Assembly: GCA_036012155.1 (NCBI GenBank)
Contig: DASCOT010000033.1
Span: 106-64,105, forward strand
Origin: Acidobacteriota bacterium
GTDB taxonomy: Bacteria; Acidobacteriota; UBA890; WLXD01
Reading direction: 5' to 3'
DNA length: 64,000 nt
The position numbers and the translations under genes are program-made. Positions 9,326 through 19,108 of the stretch are shown one piece after another (the stretch's first letter is position 1; every line of letters begins with the position of its first letter). Under the pieces are notes generated by a model. The model was not told the DNA's origin and searched no databases. It saw only the letters and a program-made list of their open reading frames with translations.

Positions 9326-9889
9326 TTGGGCATTCCGGCCACACAGATCAAGAGGGGCATGGTTCTGGACCTGGACGGTGAGCTTCTGCGTGTGCAGGAG
9401 TTCACCCATGTAACGCCGGGCAAAGGTCAGGCGGTCATGCAGACGAAGCTGCGCAACATGCGCACCGGCACGCTAATCGACAAGCGCTTCCGCTCCGCCG
9501 AGACATTGGAGCCGGCACACGTCGACCGCCGCACAATGCAGTACCTCTATCTGGACGGTGACCTCTACACGTTCATGGACCTGGAAACCTACGAGCAGTC
9601 GGGCATGACCGCCGAGAAGCTCGCGGCGGAGCTCCCGTACTTGCTGTCGAACACCGAGGTCAAGGTGACCTTCGTAGGTGCGGAGGCCCTCGGTGTCGAG
9701 CTTCCCGGCACCGTCGAGATGGAGGTCACACAGACCGATCCTGCAATCAAGGGCGCCACCGCCGCGGCACAGACGAAGCCGGCAACGCTGGAGACTGGAC
9801 TCGTCGTCCAGGTTCCACCGTTCATCAGCCAGGGCGACCGCGTCCGGGTTGATACGGGCACCGGTCAGTACTTGACTCGGGCGACTTGA
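9326..9889 (+). CDS. efp: Translation elongation factor P
   Basis: HVTPGKGQAVMQTK loop, TKPATLETG, VPPFI..GD.VRVDT. TTG start with AGGAG RBS at 9313. Confidence 0.95.
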   Translation: MGIPATQIKRGMVLDLDGELLRVQEFTHVTPGKGQAVMQTKLRNMRTGTLIDKRFRSAETLEPAHVDRRTMQYLYLDGDLYTFMDLETYEQSGMTAEKLAAELPYLLSNTEVKVTFVGAEALGVELPGTVEMEVTQTDPAIKGATAAAQTKPATLETGLVVQVPPFISQGDRVRVDTGTGQYLTRAT

Positions 9890-9935
9890 GCCACGCGGCC
9901 GGATCCGACTGCGACCCACCAAAGGCCACCGACGG

Positions 9936-11111
9936 ATGACGACCGTGTCGTCGCCAACGCGAGAATCGCCCGATGCGCCGGGCATCGGTCGACGCCTGAG
10001 CGCTGACTTGATGGCGGCCACCATCGGCACGATGTTGGCGTACGTGCTGCTGTTGTATCTGCACGGCACCCGGCATCCCGGCTGGATCTGGGCGCTCGTC
10101 TGCGGCGGCCTGGGCGGCGTCGGGACGCGACGACTCGTACGTCCGAGCTACACGACGTTCCCACCCTATCTACGACGACCATTGAGCCTCGGAGTCATCA
10201 CACTCGGGACCGTCTTTGCCACCTGGGCCACGCTCGCTCGCGAGCCGGCATCGTATTGGCTGCTGCGCTGGCGCGAAGCGATCACGCTGCCGGTCCTGGG
10301 CGTGAGCATCGGGCTCGGCTTGGCGTCGCTCATCTATACGTACCGGCGTCTGGAACGAGAGATCGAGGCCAAGCAACGACTGGAGGACGACCTCCAGGTC
10401 GCCAGTCGGATTCAGCAGAGCTTGCTGCGCGGACGAGTACCGAATCGGTCGTGGGTGGAGACACACGCGGTCAACATTGCCTCGCGGCAGGTAGGTGGCG
10501 ACTACTACGAGATTCTCGACCGCGGCGAGCACGGCATCTGCTTCGCCGTGGGTGACGTTTCCGGCAAGGGGGTGCCCGCCGCGTTGCTCATGTCGTCGCT
10601 GCAATCGGCGTTCCTGGCGGCCCACTCGATACACAACGACCTCGCCGAGATCTGCCGGCTAGTAAACCGATTCCTGGTCGAGCGCACCACCCCCGAACGA
10701 TACGCGACATTCTTCGTCGGGCATCTGACACAGCGCGGACACTTGCGTTACGTAAACGCCGGCCACAATCCACCGCTGATCATCGGCTCGGACGTGGCAC
10801 ATCGCCTGTTCGGCGGTGGGCGACCGCTAGGCCTGTTCACCACCAGCGAGTATGAGCTACAAGAACGCAACATGGAGCGCGACGAGGTGCTGCTCGTCTA
10901 TACCGACGGCGTCACCGAGGCGACGGCCGGCCACGCCGAAGAGTTCGGTGAGGCACGCCTCGAGCAGGCGACGCGAGCTCAGCACCACGGTAGCGCGGCA
11001 GACATCAGCGCTGCCGTGCTGGAGGCGCTGCATGGCCATACCGGACCCGACACCGAACAGGCAGACGACATCACGCTGCTCGTCCTGCGACCGCGCGAGC
11101 TCACCGCATGA
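9936..11111 (+). CDS. Membrane-anchored PP2C/SpoIIE-family Ser/Thr phosphatase
   Basis: VGGDYY, GDVSGKGVPAALLM, NAGHNPP, YTDGVTEA, DDITLLV, preceded by a multi-TM N-terminal domain. Confidence 0.9.
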   Translation: MTTVSSPTRESPDAPGIGRRLSADLMAATIGTMLAYVLLLYLHGTRHPGWIWALVCGGLGGVGTRRLVRPSYTTFPPYLRRPLSLGVITLGTVFATWATLAREPASYWLLRWREAITLPVLGVSIGLGLASLIYTYRRLEREIEAKQRLEDDLQVASRIQQSLLRGRVPNRSWVETHAVNIASRQVGGDYYEILDRGEHGICFAVGDVSGKGVPAALLMSSLQSAFLAAHSIHNDLAEICRLVNRFLVERTTPERYATFFVGHLTQRGHLRYVNAGHNPPLIIGSDVAHRLFGGGRPLGLFTTSEYELQERNMERDEVLLVYTDGVTEATAGHAEEFGEARLEQATRAQHHGSAADISAAVLEALHGHTGPDTEQADDITLLVLRPRELTA

Positions 11112-12202
11112 GCGGCGTAATGACGCCGCGGCCACCGCACCGTCGTGGTCTCCGCGGTGTGGTCTCCGACCTCGCCGCAGCTCTCGGCGGAGCGCTGGTG
11201 TCGCTCCTGCTGCTGTGGTACCTGCACGGCGCCTGGGAGCCTGTATGGGCTCTTCTGTGCGGCGGCCTCAGCGGCATTCTCTTTCGTCGTCTCGTCGAGC
11301 CGAGCTACGCGAGCTTTCCCGCCTACCTCCGCAACCCGCTCGACAAGGCGCTCATCCTGCTGGGGACCATCGTCACCAGCTGGGCGACTCTGGTACGCGA
11401 GCCGCCCTCGTACTGGCTGTTGCGCTGGCAGGAAGCGGTTACCTTGCCGGCACTGGCCGCTGTGCTGGGCCTAGGGTTGGCAGGCGTCATCTACTCGCAC
11501 GCCCGTATGCGAAGAGAGATCGAGGCAGCCCGTTCGCGCGAAGCAGCGATGCGAGAAGCGGCTCTGCACGCTCGGCTCAGAGCGCTGCAGGCACAGATCA
11601 ACCCGCATTTTCTCTTCAACGCCTTCAACGCGCTCGCAGAGTTGACTCACGATGACCCCGCCGTTGCCGAACAGCTGGTGGGCGACCTGGCTCACCTGCT
11701 GCGCTATACGCTGCGCTCGTCCGCCGAGGGCACCGTGCCGCTGTTTAGCGAGCTCAAGGCGGTCGGCCACTACATCCGGGTCGAGAAGGCGCGCCTCCGA
11801 GAACGCTTGCGATTCGAGCAAGACGTCGATCCGGAGGCGCTGCCGCGCAGCATTCCGGGATTGGTACTGCAGCCGCTCGTGGAGAACGCCGTGCAACACG
11901 CGGTGGCCACCCGCGCCGAGGGCGGTACCGTGCGTATTATCGTGACGTGCTCCGACGATACGCTGGTGGTGCGCGTCGAGGACGACGGGCCCGGGCTACC
12001 CGATGAGCTCCAACGTCGTCTGGCAGCCGGCACCACCGATTCGTCGCTGGCGACCATCGATCTGACCCCCGGGACGGGTGGCGCGGGAGGCGGTCTGGCC
12101 AACGTCCTGCAACGGCTGGCGCTGCGTTATCGCGGTGCTGCCACGCTAGTGACCGTACCGCTTGATCCCGGCACACGCATCGAGATGAGGATTCCAACAT
12201 GA
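11108..12202 (+). CDS. LytS/YehU-type sensor histidine kinase
   Basis: LQAQINPHFLFN, LQPLVENAV.H, VEDDGPG, GGGLANV..RL. ATGA overlap with the phosphatase gene. Confidence 0.92.
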   Translation: MSGVMTPRPPHRRGLRGVVSDLAAALGGALVSLLLLWYLHGAWEPVWALLCGGLSGILFRRLVEPSYASFPAYLRNPLDKALILLGTIVTSWATLVREPPSYWLLRWQEAVTLPALAAVLGLGLAGVIYSHARMRREIEAARSREAAMREAALHARLRALQAQINPHFLFNAFNALAELTHDDPAVAEQLVGDLAHLLRYTLRSSAEGTVPLFSELKAVGHYIRVEKARLRERLRFEQDVDPEALPRSIPGLVLQPLVENAVQHAVATRAEGGTVRIIVTCSDDTLVVRVEDDGPGLPDELQRRLAAGTTDSSLATIDLTPGTGGAGGGLANVLQRLALRYRGAATLVTVPLDPGTRIEMRIPT

Positions 12203-12972
12203 CTATCCGCGCCGTAACGGTCGACGATGAGCCGCTCGCTCGCCGACGCCTGCGGCGGCTGCTGGCGGAGCATAGCGACGTCGAGCTCGTCGGCGTGGCC
12301 GCAAGCGGCAGCGAGGCAATCAAGGTGGTGCTCGAGGAGCGCCCTGACGTAGTGTTTCTCGACGTGCGCATGCCCGACAAGGACGGTCTGGAGACTCTAC
12401 GCGCGCTGCATGAGCATCTCCCCGAGACTGTACGCCCGCTGGCCGTCTTCACGACCGCGTACGAAGAGCACGCCGTCGAAGCGTTCGCCCTCGAGGGCAC
12501 CGACTACCTGGTCAAGCCGATTGATCGCGAGCAGCTCTCACGAGCACTGCGACGCGTACGGCAGGGCCTATGGCAGCGGCGGCTACCGCAAGATGAGCCC
12601 GACGCACCACCCGCGACGCCGGAAGACCGCCAGCGCATCAGCGGTCACCTGGCGGGCCATCAAGCCGGCAAGATCGTCAACCTGCAGCTCGAGGACATCG
12701 CGTGCGTGAGCGTCGAAGACACCATCACCTGGGCCTACACGCCACAAGGACGCTACCGGCTCAAGCAGGCGCTTCACGAGATCGAGGAGCGATTGCCCTC
12801 GCCGCCCTTCGTTCGTGTCTCGCGCGCCTCGATCATCAACCTGGAGTGGATCGATCACCTGGCGCCGATGTTCTCGGGTACCTATACGGCCGTGCTGCGA
12901 CCGGCCGTCGGCACTCAGGTTCACGTTTCGCGCCGCCGGGCGCGCCGGCTGCGCGAGCTGCTCGGATGGTAG
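12199..12972 (+). CDS. LytTR-family response regulator
   Basis: Receiver VDDE / FLDVRMP / FTTAY / DYLVKP, plus LytTR domain FVRVSRASIIN and VSRRR. Confidence 0.93.
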   Translation: MTIRAVTVDDEPLARRRLRRLLAEHSDVELVGVAASGSEAIKVVLEERPDVVFLDVRMPDKDGLETLRALHEHLPETVRPLAVFTTAYEEHAVEAFALEGTDYLVKPIDREQLSRALRRVRQGLWQRRLPQDEPDAPPATPEDRQRISGHLAGHQAGKIVNLQLEDIACVSVEDTITWAYTPQGRYRLKQALHEIEERLPSPPFVRVSRASIINLEWIDHLAPMFSGTYTAVLRPAVGTQVHVSRRRARRLRELLGW

Positions 12973-13135
12973 CCACGGCAATGGTAGCGGCCGACCGGGT
13001 AGCCACTCGGAACCGGCTATCGACCGATGGCACCGCGACGCGGCCATTCCGCTTGATTGTGTGGGCGCGCCCGAGCAGGGCTGCGATACTGCGAGCTACC
13101 GAGCCGACTCACTTGCGGAGCCTCGGGAACCACGT

Positions 13136-14395
13136 ATGAGAATTGCCCCTCAGCTGAAGATCCCCAAGGCCGCCTCGACAACGATGTGCGTCTTGTGCGT
13201 CGGCGCCTTCCTGTCGCTGGCACCGACCGGGGCAAGAACGAATGCAGCGGCCGCCGCTACTGTCGCTCCATCGCCAGCACAGGACCCCACGGAGCCGGCG
13301 CCCGCCTCGCAGCAAGCACCTGCGGCAGCGATCTCCGCGCCTCCGGAACGACCGCGGTTCATCAACGTGCTGAACGAGCGCGTCCGCGACGTCGGTGGCG
13401 ACATCTTTCTGTCGGGCCAAGATGTCAGCCTGGCCGGGCGCGTCGGGCACAACGCCTTCTTGTTCGCACAAACTAGCACTGTCGCCGGACACGTTGAGGG
13501 CGACGTCTTCGCCTGGGTAGCGGGCATCACGGTGTCTGGGGAAATCGACGGCGACCTCTACGTGGGGACTGCCGGTGCCACGATCCTCGAGGGCGCCGTC
13601 ATCCACGGTAATATCATCTGTCTCTGCGGTTCCCTCAACGTGGATGGCACGGTGGGGGGAGCGGTCCTCGGCAGTGCCGGCGGTGCCAGCATCGGCGGAA
13701 CCGTACACACCATTGATATGGAAACCGGCCAGTTGGAGTTGGCGGATACCGCCGTCATCCACGGCGACGTGACCTACGAGTCCAACGAAGAGGCGCGGAT
13801 CGCCAATAGCGCTCAGATCGGAGGGTCGCTGAGTTGGAACCGTGAGTCCGGCGATGAAAACGAAGACGACACGACGCAGGGCCTCAGCTTCTGGAGCATC
13901 GCCTGGAAGGTGTGGGTGTATCTCAGTAACCTGATCGTCGGCGCCGTCTTCCTGCTGCTCGGCGGCGCTGCGGCACGCGCGCCAGCGGCAAGCCTGCGGA
14001 ATAGTCCAGCGCCGGGGCTCGGCTTCGGGTTCGTGGTTGCCGTGGTCTTCCCGGTCGCCTGCCTCGTCGCCGTCGCGTTGATCGTGACCCTACCGCTGGG
14101 CGTCGTCGGGCTGCTGCTCTTCGGACTGGGCGCGTTCCTGGCGCGCCTGGTAACCGCGCAGTTCGTCGGCGACTGGTTGTTGAGGCGCCTTGGGCTCGGC
14201 GATTCGTCAGAGTACCTGTCGCTCGCCGTCGGGTTGCTGTTGCTCTTCCTCGTAGCGGCGATTCCCTATGTAGGCTTCTTGGTCCGCTTGGTGACGATCA
14301 TCCTCGGAATCGGCGGCATCTACCTGGCCCTCAGAGCCGGTGGCTTCCCGACAGCCCCGGCGCCCCCACCAGCCCCGAGCGCCACGGCAGGCTGA
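13136..14395 (+). CDS. Exported bactofilin-like beta-helix protein with C-terminal multi-TM domain
   Basis: Signal-like N-terminus, Pro/Ala linker, repeated G-D/N-hydrophobic beta strands (GDIFLSG, GDVFAW, GDLYVG, GNIICL), four C-terminal TM helices. Confidence 0.7.
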   Translation: MRIAPQLKIPKAASTTMCVLCVGAFLSLAPTGARTNAAAAATVAPSPAQDPTEPAPASQQAPAAAISAPPERPRFINVLNERVRDVGGDIFLSGQDVSLAGRVGHNAFLFAQTSTVAGHVEGDVFAWVAGITVSGEIDGDLYVGTAGATILEGAVIHGNIICLCGSLNVDGTVGGAVLGSAGGASIGGTVHTIDMETGQLELADTAVIHGDVTYESNEEARIANSAQIGGSLSWNRESGDENEDDTTQGLSFWSIAWKVWVYLSNLIVGAVFLLLGGAAARAPAASLRNSPAPGLGFGFVVAVVFPVACLVAVALIVTLPLGVVGLLLFGLGAFLARLVTAQFVGDWLLRRLGLGDSSEYLSLAVGLLLLFLVAAIPYVGFLVRLVTIILGIGGIYLALRAGGFPTAPAPPPAPSATAG

Positions 14396-14402
14396 GACGG
14401 GC

Positions 14403-15338
14403 ATGGTGATCCGGGTAGCAGGGCTGCGAAAGGAATACGGCTCGACCGTGGCACTCCGTGGAGTCGATCTCGACATCGAGGACGGCGGGGTGGTGGGGAT
14501 CCTCGGCCCGAACGGGGCCGGGAAGACGACGCTTATGGAGATACTCGAGGGGCTTCGACAGCCCACATCCGGTAGCGTCTCGGTGCTCGGGCTCGATCCC
14601 AAGACACACAGTCGCAAGCTGAAGGAGCGCCTCGGCATACAGCTACAAACGACGTCCCTTCCCACTGAGCTCACGGTGCGTGAGCTACTTCAGCTGTTCG
14701 CATCGTTCTATGAGTCGGCACAAACCGCGGAGGCGATCCTCGAGAAGGTGGATCTCGAGAGCCAGTCCGGCCAGAAGGCCGATACCCTGTCGGGTGGTCA
14801 GAAGCAGCGGCTGGTAGTCGGTATCGCGCTCATTCATGACCCCGAGCTGGTGATGCTCGACGAGCCCACGACGGGTCTGGATCCGAAGGCGCGTCGAGAC
14901 TTGCACCAGGTCGTTCGGGACCTGCGCGATCAGGGGCGCACCACCTTGATGACCACCCACTACATCGAGGAAGCCGAGCTGCTGTGCGATCGGGTCATCA
15001 TCCTGCGACAGGGCGAGATCGTGGCAGATGATAGTCCCTTCGATCTGGTTGGCCAGTCAAGTGAGTCCTCTACCATCTGGATCCACGTAGATGGCGCCAT
15101 GGATCCAGCTCCGATGCTGGCCGCTGGCGCCGAGTCGCTCGGCGAGCAAGGCGTGCATCACAAGTTCTCCACTGCCGACCCCACTGCTACCATTCTTGCG
15201 CTCGGGGACATGCTGCGATCGCAGCGGCTGCAATTGATCGACCTCCGGCTCAAGCGCCCAACGCTCGAGGACGTCTACCTGGAGCTGATGGGAGCCGAGA
15301 TCACCGCAGAGGGGACCGATACGGTGGGCTCACCGTGA
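14403..15338 (+). CDS. ABC-2 exporter ATP-binding protein
   Basis: GPNGAGKTT, LSGGQKQR, MLDEPTTGLDP, TTHYIEEAE. Confidence 0.92.
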   Translation: MVIRVAGLRKEYGSTVALRGVDLDIEDGGVVGILGPNGAGKTTLMEILEGLRQPTSGSVSVLGLDPKTHSRKLKERLGIQLQTTSLPTELTVRELLQLFASFYESAQTAEAILEKVDLESQSGQKADTLSGGQKQRLVVGIALIHDPELVMLDEPTTGLDPKARRDLHQVVRDLRDQGRTTLMTTHYIEEAELLCDRVIILRQGEIVADDSPFDLVGQSSESSTIWIHVDGAMDPAPMLAAGAESLGEQGVHHKFSTADPTATILALGDMLRSQRLQLIDLRLKRPTLEDVYLELMGAEITAEGTDTVGSP

Positions 15339-16189
15339 GCCGGCTGCGCGGGTTGGGCCCGTTGACGCGCGCCGGGCTGCTGCAGGCCTTCCGCTCGCCG
15401 ACCTCGCTGTTCTGGAACCTCGTGTTTCCACTCATATTGCTCTTCCTCTATGGGTTCATATTCTTCCGTAGCGCCGACGGCAAGGTGTTGATGATGCCGG
15501 GGCTTTTCACCATCACCGTCATGTCAGGAGCGTTCTTCGGCGTCTCGTATCTGATGGTGAACGAGCGCGAGTCCGGCATCCTCCGGCGCTATCGCGCCAC
15601 GCCCGTATCGCCCACCACAATCGTATTGGCGAACGGTATCCGTGCCGTCGTTACCATGTCCCTGGCAATCACCACGCAGGCAACCGTCGGCTGGCTGGTG
15701 TTCCGGTATCAGGTCGACGGCTCACTGTTGCTCACTGTGCTGGTGCTGTTGATCGGTGCGGCCGCCTTCGTCCCGCTGGGATTATTCGTCGGCAGCGTGG
15801 CCCAGGACATGCGCAGCGCTCCCGCGATCACCAACCTGCTGTTCTTCCCACTGGTGTTCGGATCGGGTGCGGCACTGCCCGCGTTCATGCTTCCTGGGTG
15901 GGCACAGACCGCATCACGGTTGATCCCTTCGAGCTATCTCGTCGAGTCACTCAGTGGGGTGATGGTCAGAGGATATGGATTGGCCGAGCTGGCTGGCCCG
16001 ATCGCCGTGTTGTTCGCGACCATGGGCGTCGGCATCTGGGCCAATAGCCGGATGTTCCGCTGGGAGAGCAGCGAGCCCATCGACCGCAGCAGCCTATTGG
16101 TAACCGTGGCAGTGATCGCGACCGTCTACGTCGTGGCGTCCTTGGTAGCTCCGGCATTCGGCGTGGCCCACTCGCCCCCGGGTAGTTAG
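15335..16189 (+). CDS. ABC-2 exporter permease
   Basis: FWNLVFPLI, ERESGILRRYRATP, six TM segments; GTG start overlapping the ATPase stop. Confidence 0.88.
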   Translation: MSRLRGLGPLTRAGLLQAFRSPTSLFWNLVFPLILLFLYGFIFFRSADGKVLMMPGLFTITVMSGAFFGVSYLMVNERESGILRRYRATPVSPTTIVLANGIRAVVTMSLAITTQATVGWLVFRYQVDGSLLLTVLVLLIGAAAFVPLGLFVGSVAQDMRSAPAITNLLFFPLVFGSGAALPAFMLPGWAQTASRLIPSSYLVESLSGVMVRGYGLAELAGPIAVLFATMGVGIWANSRMFRWESSEPIDRSSLLVTVAVIATVYVVASLVAPAFGVAHSPPGS

Positions 16190-16329
16190 CCGCGTTCCAT
16201 GGGGCCGCTCTCGACGCGGCTGTCCGGGCGACCGGTCGCGCGACTAAGGGCTTCGGCCCGTGGGTTGACCCGGGCTATCCTCTGTCGAGTCGCCTTCTTG
16301 AGCGTTCTCGTTTCCCGCCGGGGTTAGCA

Positions 16330-18068
16330 ATGCTGAAGCTCAGCCGCTCCGATCTCGTGTTGGCCATCCTGGGTGTGACCGGCCTGGCGGTCGTCGTTGC
16401 CCTGTATCAATCGGCCTTCCCACTGGCACTGGTGGAGATGGAGGTCACCCGCGAGGAAGCAGTGGCGAGCGCCACCGACTTCGTCGAGGAATTGGGAGCC
16501 GAGCTGGGCGATTTCCGGCACGCGGCGATCTTCTCTGGCGACAGCGAGGCTCTCACCTTCCTGCAACGCACGGTTGGTGACGATGAGGCGGGACGCTGGG
16601 CGCGGGAGGAAGTTCCCGTCTGGCGCTGGGATATTCGCTGGTTCAGGCCCCTCGACGCCGAAGAGTGGCTCGCCGAGGTCGGCGTCGACGGTGCAGTCGT
16701 GGCCTTCCGGCACATCGTCGAAGAGGCGGCGGCCGGGGCCGACCTCGATGAGTCTGCGGCACGCGCCCGAGCCGAGGACTTTCTCCGCACCCAGGGATGG
16801 GACCTGTCGCAACTCGACTCGGTGTCCGCGTCGGCTGACCGGAAGGACAACCGGACAGACCATCTGTTCATATGGAAGGTTCGCGGTACCGACATCGCGT
16901 GGCGCCCGAGGAATTCTCACGCGAGCTCCAGGGCGTGCTCAGCGTCGGTAACCTGCTCGCGGTGGGTAGCATCGTATTGACGGTGTTGCTTGCGCTCGCC
17001 GGAATGGGGATCGCGATTGTCCGCTACCGCACCGGCAACATCGAATGGCGCGTCGCGATTACCTGCGGTGTGATCGTCGGCACCATGTTCGCCGTATACA
17101 CCGCGACGAGTTGGCCGAACGTACTGTTCTCGTATCAGACGCAAATCGCGTGGCCGGTATTCGTCGGGCTGTCGGTTCTCGCGCTGACCCTCGGAGCCGT
17201 GTTCTACACGGTATTCGTCATGTTCCCCACGGCTGCCGGCGAGTCCATGGCACGCGACCACTTTCCCGCCAGCATCCTTGGGTTCGCCGACGCCGTCCGC
17301 GGCAAGATCTTCAACCACCAGTTCGGAGCCGCGGCGTTGCGTGGCTATGCGCTGGCCGCCGCCCTGCTCGGATTCCTGACCGGCTTCTACTGGTTCGCAC
17401 AGCGCTACATGGGGGCCTGGTTACCGGCCGAGGGTCCGCACTCGGAGATTTTCAACAACCTGTTCCCGTTCCTCACCCCGCTGACCATCTCTCTCGTCGC
17501 GGCGATCTCCGAGGAGACCATCTACCGCCTTTTTGGTATCTCGCTGTTCAAGAAGCTGTCAGGCTCGACGGCGGTGGCGTTGATCGTACCGGCGGCAATC
17601 TGGGCGTTTGGCCACTCGAACTACCCGGTATTTCCCGTATACATCCGAGGTATCGAGCTGACCATCGCGGGCGTCCTCTTCGGGCTTGCGTTTCTGCACT
17701 ACGGCCTGGTGGCGTGCATCGTGGCGCACTATGTGTTCGACGCGGTGGCGCTCGGCATGCCGTTGGTCACCAGCGGCAACTCGACCTACTTGATCAGTGG
17801 TTTGGTCATCATGGGGTTGGCACTGGTGCCGGGAGTGGCCGGCTTCTTCGCCGGCCGACGCGCCCCCGGCCCCACAGTCTGCCGAGCAGACCCAGACTCC
17901 ATCCAGCTGACGACGCGGCGCTGGAAGGAGCCCGACGGCACACGGCGCGCTCACCAATCGGCCGCCGCAGGGGGCCTGCACGGTAGCATGGTGGGCTCGT
18001 GTTTTCCCGATCGAGCCCGGAGCAGCCCATGTTACGAGCCCCACGCCGCATCCGTAACGTCGCACTGA
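16330..18068 (+). pseudogene. CPBP (Abi/CAAX) intramembrane glutamic endopeptidase, split by a frameshift near 16900-16910
   Basis: ORF 16330-16980 holds a TM anchor plus extracytoplasmic domain ending ..DIAWRP. ORF 16872-18068 continues ..PEEFSRELQ with the CPBP motifs AAISEETIYR, WAFGH and AHYVFD. The second ORF has no convincing start of its own. Confidence 0.7.
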
Positions 18069-18919
18069 TTGCCGCTACATCAGCAGCCTTGTACGTACCG
18101 GCGTTTGCGACCGGCCAGCAAGGCCCCGAGCGCGGCGCCCTGGTGATCGTCGGCGGCGCCATGCGCGACCCCCAGATCCTCGACCGCTTCATACAACTCG
18201 CCGGCGGCCACGACGCTCCGATCGTGGTGATCCCCACCGCTGGCGGCGCTCCCCACTATGATCCGAGCTGGGAGGGCATGGCCGCGTTTCGCCAGGCCGG
18301 GGCGTCGCGGCTGACGCTTCTGCACACCTATGACCCCGATGTCGCCGACCGCGACGGCTTCGCGGAGCCTATCCGGCAGGCGGGCGGTGTCTGGTTCACC
18401 GGTGGTAGGCAATGGCGCATTGCCGACGCATACCTGGGAACCCGGGTCGAAGTCGAGCTGCGCGCCTTGCTCGATCGCGGCGGCGTGATCGGCGGCTCGT
18501 CGGCCGGAGCGACGATCCAGGGCGAGTACCTGGCGCGCGGTGACAGCAGCACCAACACCATCATGATGGGCGATCATGAAGAGGGTTTCGCCTTTGTCAC
18601 CGGAGTCGCCATCGATCAGCACCTGCTGCAACGCAACCGCCAGTTCGATCTACTCGAGATCATCACGGCACGGCCCGACCTACTCGGGATCGGGATTGAC
18701 GAGGACACCGCCATCGTGGTGCATGGCAATCGCTTCGAGGTGATCGGCCGCAGCTACGTAGCAATCTACGATTCGCAACGCCGCATCGACAGCGGCGGCG
18801 ACTTCTATCTCCTCGCTCCCGGGGACCGTTACGATCTTTCGGCGCGAGAGGCCTTTCGACCGCAAACCACCCTGCAGCCGCTCGAGCGAGTCATCAGGCG
18901 CGAGGCCGCACAGGAGTAA
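18029..18919 (+). CDS. Secreted cyanophycinase-like peptidase (S51)
   Basis: LVIVGG, VVIPTA, GVWFTGGRQ, GGSSAGA, IDQH..QRNR, GIDEDTA, plus an N-terminal signal peptide. Confidence 0.85.
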   Translation: MLRAPRRIRNVALIAATSAALYVPAFATGQQGPERGALVIVGGAMRDPQILDRFIQLAGGHDAPIVVIPTAGGAPHYDPSWEGMAAFRQAGASRLTLLHTYDPDVADRDGFAEPIRQAGGVWFTGGRQWRIADAYLGTRVEVELRALLDRGGVIGGSSAGATIQGEYLARGDSSTNTIMMGDHEEGFAFVTGVAIDQHLLQRNRQFDLLEIITARPDLLGIGIDEDTAIVVHGNRFEVIGRSYVAIYDSQRRIDSGGDFYLLAPGDRYDLSAREAFRPQTTLQPLERVIRREAAQE

Positions 18920-19108
18920 AGGAGCGTCCCCAGGGACGTCTAACAGTGGCGAGACGGCCAGCGAAGCCCCGCACGGACCAGCCTGGCTCCGCCGCGCGCT
19001 GAGTCTGGATGGCCAAGGCAGGACAAGAACAGCCGCGGGCGATTTTTGTCTTCTGATTGCGCTGTCCAAGCGTCAATACTCATCGGTACTGATACCGAAG
19101 AGGGCTCG

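Noticed and set aside
8277-9889. Functional link between proline dehydrogenase and EF-P
   Set aside because: The adjacency is suggestive, but a 131-bp gap and no shared regulatory signal make coincidence equally likely.
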